DNA of 64,000 nucleotides from contig NW_020844967.1 of NCBI RefSeq assembly GCF_003704095.1, positions 1-64,000 on the forward strand. Reading direction: 5' to 3'. Made by a program: the position numbers and the translations under genes. The notes beneath the pieces were generated by a model, which was given only the letters and a program-made list of their open reading frames with translations, was not told the DNA's origin and made no database searches. The first letter of the stretch is position 1. Every line of letters starts with the position of its first letter. Positions 25,611 through 37,088 of this stretch are shown one piece after another. This DNA comes from Pocillopora damicornis. Its lineage: Eukaryota.

Positions 25611-26284
25611 TTCACATTTTAGATTTTTTACTCCCAATTTCTCACTGTCAATTTTCTACTTACCGCACGTGACATATAATTCAAGGTCTGGTATTTGGTG
25701 TTGTGAGATGAAATAGTCAATTGATCAATCTCGGAGTGAAGGATATTTAAGAGAGTTGGCTAGGGTCATGAAAGTTTTGAAACAATTATTTCGCGCGACC
25801 TACCGACATTTAATAAGAAGCTTTGATTTTGATGTTTGGGTTGTTCTAAAGCCGATAAGTTCTACTTCTGAATTTGAAAAGTAAGAATTATTTTTGTACC
25901 TTTTATAAAAAACTGTTTTTTGTGTGTGGTTTCATTACTATATGAAAGCAAAGGCGATACAAAATATATACAGTTGATCTGTTTGTATAGCTATAAAACT
26001 CATTGAAATATTTTACATGAAACCCTGGCTCAGGTAAAGTTTAACTTGAACAACCCAGCCCTATAATTGATCTAGAAAATTTTTATCTGTCTACCTGCTA
26101 GAGGATGCAGATAGATGAAATACTTTCTATTCGATTTTTTTTCTACCCTGAACAACCAGGAAAGAGACGTAGAATTTGTAACTGACCACCATCAAATGCG
26201 ATCTTTTACAGTCTATTTCTGGATTTTTTTAAAAATTAGTATCATCGTAAATAACTTCTTTACATCTTTTGTATATCGTTATGT

Positions 26285-26390
26285 CGTTATGTTCAATGCA
26301 CTGGACTCCGTGTCGAGAGGCCTGGGTTTGAGACCTGGCCGGGTCAATGCGTTGTGTTGTTGGTCAAGACACAGTGCCTCTCTTAACGGC
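26285..26390 (+). mobile_element. Degenerate tRNA-derived SINE fragment
   Basis: tRNA-like head (...gcactggactcc...gggtttgagacctggcc) followed by gtgttg..caagacac..gtgcctctct; a related core gtgcctctctccaccca recurs near 26918. Confidence 0.4.
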
Positions 26391-26618
26391 ACACATAATT
26401 TGGAGCCTCGCTTGTGTATCCCGCACCTTAATGGTGAAAGCTATTAAAAAAAATTGAGATGTAAAAACAAATTGAATAGAGACCTTTAAGACCAAATGAA
26501 CCCCTTCTGAAAGTAACCCCCTTGTTTACTCTTTTGATCACCTGTCATAAGAGTGAGAGTTAACACTTTCTACTTATGTTTCCGAGAGGAGCCTAGTGTG
26601 AGAGGTGTTAAGGCGAGC

Positions 26619-29600
26619 TCAGATTCTAACTTGATACCTATGACTACTTGCTTCATCTGGTCTCTCACTCGTTTGTGAAACACACGGCGCCGTATTATCT
26701 AAAAGCCAGTAGGTTTCCATTGCACCCTTGCCCTAAAAGGGAGATAAAAGAAAAACATTTTACTGTCAGTACTAAATAAGCCTGGTACATAAAATAAGAC
26801 GGTGTGAGATATGTGTTTTGTAAAGAGGTTTTTAGTTTAATTCGAGCAATGTTGGTGAGAGCGCTGACCAGGTCAGTGTGTTGATGTATTTGAAAGAAAA
26901 AAATTAATTGCTATCCAGTGCCTCTCTCCACCCATGAGAATACATTGGTACCGGGAAGGGTAATGAAATGCTGCGAGGGATTAGCATCCCAGCCAGTTGG
27001 GAGTAGTGATACTCTTCGTCGTTTCGCGCGTCAGATATTCTGACCAAAAAGACAGGGTCGAGACTCACCAGTAATTTAAACGCGTAATTTTGAGAAAAAT
27101 ATGCAAAAAAATTCTTCTATCGTTGTGTTACTTGTTCTCTTTAGGTTTTTTTTTTCCTTTCCACAGGGCGAACTAAAAAGATTGTGCATGAGGATTCAGT
27201 CCCAGGTCTTATTCCTCACTTGACCCTATATAACAATGGCAAAAATGTCATACTTTGACGTCAACTAATCCTCTGAATTCCAGATGATAACCATCGATAA
27301 ATTCCAGCATGTCCTTTGTATCTTTGCTCACATGGATTTTCTGGGCTGAAATGTGAAGTATTTGGGTTTTAAATAATCAACGATCTTTGTAAATTTTTTT
27401 AACGATTTGTAAATAAACAGCAAGCAAACAAACAAACAAACGAAACACAAATTGGAGAAATCCCTCAGAGCAAGGACGAACTCCACCATCCTACTCAACA
27501 TAAATAAGAAAAAAAAAGAATAGATTCCATTTGTTTTTCATGTATGCATATCACCAATGCAAGTCAGGCCGCGCTGAACTGAATTGAACCCGGGGCTCTA
27601 TAAGTGTAACTATACATTTTTTATGTTGACAAAAATTTTGGAACAAGACTTACGCAATCCAGTTGTCTGCATTCTGGATGCGGTGTTCACAGTGTCCCCA
27701 AACAAACAATAGCGAGGCATTTTGTTCCCTACAACTCCTGCCGCGCAAGGACCTGGAAATAAATGAGTGAAGAAGTTAACAAAAATAATATAGAATTGCA
27801 AAAAATGAAAGATTTTGTCTTCCTTTTTAATGAGGCGCAGACTAAATTCACGAAATAATAGAAGAACGAATGGAAGTATACCATTCAATATATACTTAAA
27901 GCTAATAAAATTTAAATCTGATACATCAAATTTTATTGCCAATTATTGTTCGTCTGTGATGATTAAAAGTATCTACGAAATATAAGAAATATGAAAAAAT
28001 GATTGTATGCGAAGAATGCAGACATTTAAAATAACTATAACGAAACCGGCAACGGGGTTACCTCCAGAAATCCAAGAGATAACTTCAAAAACTCACCCGT
28101 GTGTATACCTATTCTTACACTGAGATCTCTTCCGTCATCGGAGCCAAAATGAACACTTTTCATGAGCTCCACCAGATGAAGAGCCATCAGGGACACCTCA
28201 GTGACGTGATTGTGCCCATTTTTCTCTGGTAGGCCTGATACAACCATGTAGGCGTCACCGATCGTCTCCACCTTATAGACATCGTATTTGTCGATGTGGT
28301 TGTCAAAGATTCCATAAAGTTGGTTCAACATGTGGGTCACCTCCATGGGTGAGATACTGGCACAGATTTGCGTGAAGTCCACGATATCACTGAAAAAGAC
28401 AGTCACGCTTTCAAACTGCTCTGCTTTGACAGTCTGCCCACCCTTGAGCTGTTCGGCGACAGGATACGGCAGCATTTGGTAAAGAAGACAATCTGCTCTA
28501 TGTTTTTCTTCCTTCAGCTGTTTCGTTGTTTGATGAAGTTTGTTCGCGTATCTTTGGATCGTGTAAACAATGAACACAAAGCAGGGCATAATCAACAGAA
28601 CGAAGGCAAAAACTGAATACTTTAGTATCGAGTCCTTCTCTGCTGAGCTTACATTCTCCTTAAGTTTGTCAAGGATCAGTGTCCCGACCTCCTTTTGAAC
28701 TTTAAGTAATGCATTTATGTAAACAGTCATGATATCAAACCACTCTACTCCCAACTCCACTGACGCGTTTTGCTTTTTATTGCCTAAGATAACTTTTCTT
28801 TTTTGCTCCACAGTAACCAAAATCGTCCTGTTAGAAGCTTCAACAGATTTATTATAAATTGTTTTAATCTCCGGCACAAGTTGCATGCTCGTCTGTAACT
28901 TGTCCTGTCCCAGCTGATTCTGCTTTGCATACCAGAGTAAATCATTTGTATCTTGAAAATATCCTCGACTGAAATATGAACCTCCAAGAGCTCGCTCAAT
29001 ACCAGTTCTTTCTTTGCCAATAAGGAGCATTTGGTACCCGATGTAGTCCGACAGAATGTCTTGGTCTGTTTGCTGGACGTTGCGGAAAGACCAATCAAAC
29101 AGGTTTGTAATTATTTGTGTGTAAAACGTGATTTCTTCTTTGATTGTGCTGTTATTGGAAGGGTGAGACTGACGATGGTTATTTACCAGCGCCAGAAATG
29201 TCTCCAGGCTGTTAAAATTATACGTTTCACGATTATCTTGTGGCCACCTGGCGAGATTTTGGGCCACCTCATCAGTTTCCTCTGCAGCTTCTAACACCCG
29301 AGGCCATATTCCCTGTTGTGGATCTGAACTGAAGTGTAAAACTCTTGTTCCTCGCTCAATTTGCAGTCTGTGAATGAGGCCCGCGACTTCGATGCTCAGG
29401 TTTATGCTAGCTTGCAATGTTTTGGTTTTTGTAGTGACCTGACTGGCTTTTAAAGCGTCTAGTATTGTAAGAATCGTCAGACCAGTCATGGCTATCAAGC
29501 TCACAACTACCATGGTCGCCATTTGAGTTCTTCTTCCAGTTCGAGTGATACTTTTTGGTGTTGATATTTTATTTTCCAGTCTCAAGTCCAGGATCGGCTC

Positions 29601-29621
29601 TACTTGTCTCGTTTTCTTCAT
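26619..29621 (-). CDS. NIT-domain membrane guanylyl cyclase (NIT-GC), ~609 aa, 4 coding exons
   Basis: Exons 28097-29621, 27654-27752, 27254-27345, 26619-26732. Order: TM1 ([17 protein letters not shown]), NIT signatures IHRLQIERG and [11 protein letters not shown]2 ([19 protein letters not shown]), LLYQMLP helix, class III cyclase with GTP-specifying [10 protein letters not shown] and [17 protein letters not shown], then [11 protein letters not shown]. Confidence 0.9.
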
Positions 29622-32600
29622 GGCAGCTGATAATCCGCGAAAGAAAGCTTCAGTTTAACCGAGGTGTCTTGAATTGAATCTTTTTTCTGGGGAAACAAAA
29701 ATTCCTTCAATGAGGTGTATCTGAAAGTTAATATTAAAGTACTTTATTCAAAATTCAGAAGGTTTCCTTGAAAGTTAGGTTTACTGGTACTTTCACGAAT
29801 AGCCTCTTTCTTGAAAGCTTCATGTCCGTCAGACGAGCGAGTTAGCGTCGGGAGCTTGGGGTGACAAGAGTTGAGGGTAAGAGGAGCTAGGAGCCAGAAC
29901 ATTTCCAAATGAGAAGACGTGGGTTTGAAAAACTCTGTTCCCAGTTTCTGTGCGGATTTTTTTCGTGAAAATTAAACGTTCGCTCTCTGAAAAAGATTGC
30001 GAATTAGATCTAATATCGAATTGAAGACTTAAAATATTTTTGTGTCCTCTTTGTCATTAGCATGGCTGGAGTCTTCTAGGAATCGAGTACGAATGGAAAA
30101 CGTGAAGCAGTCATAATTATCCTGAATACCGAGAGCTTTAATTTTTTGCATTCTTCAGTGCAGCTTACACAGAAAAAAAAATTCTGGCGCGTGAAAAAAA
30201 AAGTTTTCAAACGAGAGTTGGACGTCAGTGTGCGTGCATCTGCGGTTATTTAAAAATCAGTCATTTTTGGACAGTAAATCAATGTTTCTTCCACCTTTAT
30301 CAATCAAGATTAATCCTTCTTATCGTTCTATTGTTCTTTGTGTTGAACTCAATCCGAAGATAGCAGATGCTTCTGCCGAGAAATGTTTGCTAATCTTAAT
30401 TTTCTTTGATATTTCTATTGATAAGAATATTATTCTCGAACGAAAATTTCTTAAAGCAACCATTAGTGACTCCAGCTCGAAAACTTCACCTTTAGAATCA
30501 CTTTACGTTGGCTAATTTACACCATCAACTCAATTGATAGAACCAACCTATCTCGTAACATACACCGCCCCATTCCCACCGATGCAGCTCTACACTTTCG
30601 TTAGGAACTTACCCTCTTAATTCAATTCGTTCTATCAGTACTGTGTTATCATGTTCAATCTTTCGATTTTCAGGAGTATTAAGTAAACACACGCGTCTTT
30701 CGAAGATAATCCGGCCTTGATCCATTACGCTCCATATATTTACACAGTGAACCGCGAAGTGTTTAATTTTTTACCACAATTGGTCAAAGGGAAATGCTAA
30801 GTTTGCTCAGGGCGCAAATATCATCTTGGACTGAATAAAGAAATGAATAATAATCTTTTTGGATTATCCGTTTAATCCCAAAATTTGGAACAATTAATCT
30901 GAACATTTTCAACCTACTAGTTCGGTGACGGGTGGGAGTGAGCAAAAATCTATCATCGTAACGAAAGTACGTGTTCATGTCATTTTTCCCGACCAATCGA
31001 AATAGAAATTACTTTAAATAATTATAGACTGTCTAATTATACCAAGATTGGGTTTTTCAATATTTTTAGCCACTTTTATACACTCAGTTGAGAGTAGGTT
31101 AACTTGAAAAGGTCCTGATACGAAACATCTGTCGTTCACATACAAAACAAAAGCGTTAAAAGGCTGGTTTGAAATATTTCCTTATGTCGTGGTAACCCGA
31201 ACTGAAGCATAGCTGTTGTCTTCATCCCTCGTTTTGGTGTTTAAGTACTTCAAACCTTCCGAATAAGATAAAATATCTAGTTACGAAGGAAGAAAGAAGC
31301 AAAATGCAAATGCATGCAATGCACCGATTTTCAACCTGTCAAGACAAAAGATTATAGCACCCAATATATTGGTGTCTCATTCTAAATCAGGCAATCAGCG
31401 AGTTCATTTCACGAAATTTAACACTAATGTATCGATGAGAACATAATTCATGTAATTTCTGACGAATTTAGAAGCAGTTGAAAAATAGTTCAAATGATAC
31501 TCAGAATTTTCAACCAAGCCTTCATTATTTTAACGGCAAAATTCTGCCGAGCAGAACACGAAGTCTTCTATGTACTAAACTTACACTCTGCATATTACGG
31601 TTTTTTTTTCACTTTTTTTTTTTTGCGGAAGCTAACCAATTGCTATGTTAGAGGGCCAACCCAACGAAATTAAACCTGGCAAAAGTAAACAAAAAAAAAA
31701 AGGCACGATTAGCTCCCTTTCCTTTCCTCTCACGCTTGCAGAATTAAGTGAAACGAGTAAAAAAACATTTATGGTAAAATCACCTTTTTAACATTCGGAG
31801 CTTGCTGTTAATCGCAGATAACATGTAAGTAAATCAGTAAAATCAGCATTTTACACAACAAAAAACGAGTAACGACTGCAAAATTTTCGAAAACTTGAGC
31901 GAGCCTTTAACAAACGTGAGTATTGATGGAGATATCTACAACTTTCAATTAAAAAAAAGGAAAAATTAGTACGTGTCACAATTTTATGAAAGGAAGATGT
32001 GGATCGCTTTAGATATGGCACAGAAAGCACAAAAGGAAAATTGGAAAACACTTCTGAATTTTTTAACATTATATTAATTGATTTATGGAAAAGAAAATAA
32101 CACGTAGTATTTTTCAGACGTTTCCAGGACTTACCAAACGCGCTGATGAAGTCCCCCTAGAGTCCAAGTTTTTGGAATTTCTTCTGCTTTCTGTGGTGGC
32201 AGGTTTTCAACTGGATACAGCTTTTTGTAGCCCATATAGCATTCTTGACGGGCTAATGCTCTGTTATAAAGCAGCAGAGAATCAAGTCTAATCGGATAGT
32301 CTGAATTCTTTCATCTAATTGGTCAGTTAACGCAGAGGGCAGATGGCTTGTTAATGGCTGTCTGTTAAGAGCCGACGAGAAAAGCTGATGCATTGGCGTA
32401 TTGTTTTTATCTATTATGGAGGTAAATTGATGTTAATAAAAGCTTTTCTTTCTCTTTCATTTCATTTCATATTTTTCGGATGATAGACGACTTTCCAATA
32501 AGTCACCAATAGTTAAATAGTATTGGGGCAAAATCGGTAAGTGATTTTAATAGATTCATACGAAACAGCCTTTCCTCTTCACAAGCAAGATTAGGCTTTT

Positions 32601-35600
32601 GCTTTGAGTTTCTTTCAGTCGGTAACCATAGTAATAACAATTACAGCGAGTTATCAAGATGGAAAATTATCCAATGAATTTTTTTGAAATCAGGAATACG
32701 AGCTGAGTATGCTTTTTGTGGCTGAAAAACGCTTAGATTTGCTCACAAAGCCATAAAACGAACAAAATTCTCTTTGATGAGTATAAATTTTTTAAATTCA
32801 ACCACAGTCTAGACAAGAACGTCATCCAACACCATTTTAATCTCAAACATTTTTAATCAAAATGCACGGTAAAAGTCCGTGACCATATGAAGTAAAAGGT
32901 GTATCCATAAGCAGATGTCTAAAAGCAATGTTTTGACAAACTCTGACAACTTTGGTCCCAAAACTGGACAAACTTTGTCAAATGCGCAGTTACAATCTCG
33001 ATGCTTGAGATCTTTTTGGTGAAAGAAAAAGCCTCTCTTGTTAAATGACTCAACCATTTCCTGAATAATTACACGAAGCACTGCTAATCATAATAATAAC
33101 AACTTTTGTAAGTGAAAAATTTTGGAGAGTAAAGCTTAACTTAATTAAGTTCGATATACATTTCTCAAGCCATCTACTTGTGTAAACATATTAATTTCCG
33201 ACTGGTAGCCATCGTCTTTTCGCTAGCTTATTACTCGACCCTAAATCAACATCATATTTTATTTCACATGAAGTTTCCTTGTTGATTTTCAATGAGCAAT
33301 CAAGTTGTTTTAACAGAGTCACAGAGAACAGTTTTGGTATCGCTCCAAACCTAATAACAACGGCCTATTTCAAACAGATTTGTCATAATCGTAGGATGTC
33401 TCTTCGTGTCACCGAGATACACGTTATAATCAGCATCTTAAAAAATCGACGGCAGAGCTAAAAATTTATAATCCTTATTGACCTTCTGTCTTATTTTATA
33501 TATTCTATTTATGCATCCCAAGGTTTGGTGCTTCCTGAGACTAAGAAGTTTACTCGCTTGTTATGACGATCAAAGGCTTGTAAAGGTTGGACTTAATTTC
33601 GGCCTAAAACAAGCCATCGAAATCAGTCAAACTTGACAGTCCTTAAGTACTTAATTGCCAGTTTTCCGAATCTCTTTTCATCTTCTCAGTATATATACAA
33701 AATCTTTTGTGTTCGTGTCTTAACAACCCAAAGCTCTGCAAAGTCCACTAATTAAGAGAAGGCCCCATTTTCAAAAAGCATAAATAATCGAAGCGCGCAC
33801 TTTTCACTCTAGTGCGAGAACAAGATTAGTTGCCAGTAACTTTTTTTAAAGTATATACTGGGGTTATCATGTTAATTTTTAAGTAATCTAACTACTGAAA
33901 CTCGGATGGATCCAAACATTCACTGGGGGAAATTCCATTTTCAAATAACAGGTTCTTTCATTTGGCTTCTCTTAGCTTTGTCATACAGCATACCTAGAAG
34001 CACCATTCTATTTGTGTAGTAATCTTGCAAACAAAACCTACTTGAAATCCACTGAACTGGTCTCATTCTCAAATAGTTTAAATAACCGAGGCGGTCATTT
34101 TTTCACCCTAACAAAGTGAAAACACTATACGAATTAACGATCACATATTACACGTCAGTTGCAGCAATCAGTTTAAATGGTTAAAACCGAGCTTGAAATA
34201 AAGAAGTAGAATTCATATCAGATTTCACACGACCTGAATGTTCTGCCATAGTTTCGCATGACAGTTTTTTCCGATTANNNNNNNNNNNNNNNNNNNNNNN
34301 NNNNNNNNNNNNNNNNNNNNNNNNNNNNNNNNNNNNNNNNNNNNNNNNNNNNNNNNNNNNNNNNNNNNNNNNNNNNNNNNNNNNNNNNNNNNNNNNNNNN
34401 NNNNNNNNNNTAAAATTCAGATTAGGGTTTGATACTCAAACTAGCTTTCTGTAAAAAAGATTAACTGCATAAGATCATTATTAGAGAGCCAGTGTTTTTC
34501 TTTCCGCAGCGTAGATTTCCCCCCAAGTCTCTGCCTCTTTTGGTGTTTGAGAAAGTACTTGGGGTAGAATAAATTCTGTAAACTTTTTCTCTAGACTAAA
34601 TCCTGTTTGCACCTGCTTCGAGGGGGCGAAGTAAAGAAGGAACTATGACTAATATGGCAACTAATTAGGATTCCGTTTTTTTAGGGCGACTCGGACGTGT
34701 AAAATTGTCGGCGAAAGTTGGTCATAATTGGCTGATGTTTGATTATTATTGTAGCAAATGGTTTTTTGTTTCTCGAATGTGATGAGAATGTTTAGTAAAA
34801 TGTCACCTCGTAATGTTGAAATCTTTGTTGTAATCGCTATGGAACAATCACGATTTTTGTCGCTATAGGCTCCAAATAGGGTCTTGATATTCCTTGCCAC
34901 TCAATTTTTTTTCGGATAGAAAAAATTGGAGGAGCTTTTTTCGCCTTTTTCGCTTGTACTTTTCGAAAGATCTTGCAACGAAATGTGAGAAGTGGTAATT
35001 CGCTTCATGCCAAGATATATTAACTTTTACACATAGGCGTTTATCGTGCTTCGGTATATACCTTTGTTATACCAAATAAATGTTTCTCGTCTTCTGCCTT
35101 TCCCGTGTTGCCTAGAGTTCACCGGAGAGAATAAGTCTCTTAAATCTTTCATCGGATTTATCTTCAAAGCGAGTGCAATTTCAGTTATAAAGTTATAAAG
35201 TTGAAATTTCTCTAGACGCTGTGTTATAGGACATTAAATGCTAAAGATTTTCGTTAAATGCTGGGCTCGTATGACATCACAGCAGTGAAGTAGGTCGGGA
35301 ATAATCTTCATGAGAGTCGGTTTTCACAATCTAAATTTTAAACCACGCACTACGTATCTCTTGAGACCGATCTTTGTTTTAAAAATGGTGTAACTCAAAT
35401 AGTGTAACTGTTCTTTTCAAGGGTATATCCTTTTCTAGCGCAATTTTCGTATGCTTTGGTACTATGCGTGGCTTAATGTACGACTTACGACATGAAGCAC
35501 TTGCTGGTCGATCAATGTATTCGTCCCTGAAACGTGCCAGTTGCGATGGCCTTATGCAGCTTGCTTCAGCCTAATGTCTAATCTTGCGGTGGTTTGGTAT

Positions 35601-37088
35601 GCAGTATGGTGTGTTTATAATGGTTGATGGGGAGTTTGATCAAGTCCTGAAGAATTATTTATAGTCCTACGACGCTTTGATTCAACACCGGAAAGTGTTT
35701 ATGACAGTTAAGAAGAAGCCTGTTTTAGTCCAGATGAAATGATTTGTAGCCCTACGGTGGTTTGCATTTACATCGTCAAGTGTTTTCGTAAAAACCATCT
35801 GCTGTTTATAAGGGTTTAATTTTGAGACTTTAATGAAAGCATTCATCCATCTCGTTCGATCTGAAGCTCATTGGTAGCTGAGGATAAATTGGCTCTTTTT
35901 CAAAACTAGCATTGGCGCTTTTTAATAGCGACCATTGGTGTTGATCTTTAATACAAAAGGGAGAACTCCTTTGACAGGCAAATTAGGTTTGTTTTTATGA
36001 TTCACAGTTACAGCGGGATACGCTGTAAAATCGACAACTTACGCCGTAATATCGACAATTTACACTTTAATATCGACATCTTACCTAACTTTTGCGGATA
36101 CTTGGAAATGAGTTATTACGCAATGAGTTTTCATGGCTTACTTTACACTTTTCTCGCCCAAAATTTGCACCGTGTTTGTCCAATTTTACTCTTTAATTTG
36201 TTCTCAGCTTCCCTACCAGATAATTATTCAATAGTCAGTCTCATGAAGGCCTCCTCAACGTTAAAATTCGACAAAATTTGCATATAAAACTAAAAATAAG
36301 CGCAAGGAACGGTTTTATTTGAATACTTGAGGGCGTAAGTCGCAGTTTTACTCTATCGTTGTGTATTCTTGTGATCACACATATCAGAGTCAGCAGTCAG
36401 GTATCTTTAATCGCGTACACAGCATTTCTCTGTTTTTCTCTCATTTATCCCTTGCTCTACTGAAAAAAGGAGGAAAAAGGGAATTTGAATTTGAGAATTT
36501 AACTCGTGCATCTGGTACAGAGTAAAAAACAGTTTGAAAGACTCAGATGGTTGCCAAAGTCATGCGTCTGTGTTGCTCTTGGCAACAAATGGCCGAGGGG
36601 CCTTATCATTCCAGCTGTTGTTTATGAATTAACAAATTTTTGTGCTTAAAATCTCGATGAACTCACGTTGACGTGCGAAATAATTGTTGACTTTAGTTAA
36701 GAAGCCTTAAGAAAATCCGATATGTTGTCTGTCAGAAATGCCCCAGCTGTGTACATAGTCTCTCCCACTCATCAAAAAACAGATGGTTGCATAATCATTA
36801 GCTCGCCATTGAAATTCTGGTAAATATTATGAATGTTATGAAAGTCATCTAGCGCACGATTAGTGAATAATCAATTCGAACGAACAAAATAAAGAATACA
36901 CACACATCTGGTACAGTTTCAAGATTATTTCAAGTATTTATTTTCAGCTCCGAAGAAAATCTATACTCAGAAATGTTTGGGACATGTAAAAGCCTCATTT
37001 GAGCGCTCCCTGAGGTACTCAACATGTGAGTTTAAGATATTTTTTCCTCGAAAATTTATCAATGTGCGAACAATTTCTGTTATCCAAG

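Noticed and set aside
27197-27226. Candidate terminal NIT-GC exon GQVRNKTWD*
   Set aside because: Intron would be under 30 nt; exon 26619-26732 supplies the conserved GKGxMxTYWL.
28097-29621. Bacterial contamination or recent HGT of the long NIT exon
   Set aside because: It splices via canonical introns to animal-type cyclase exons, and NIT-GCs are an established animal family.
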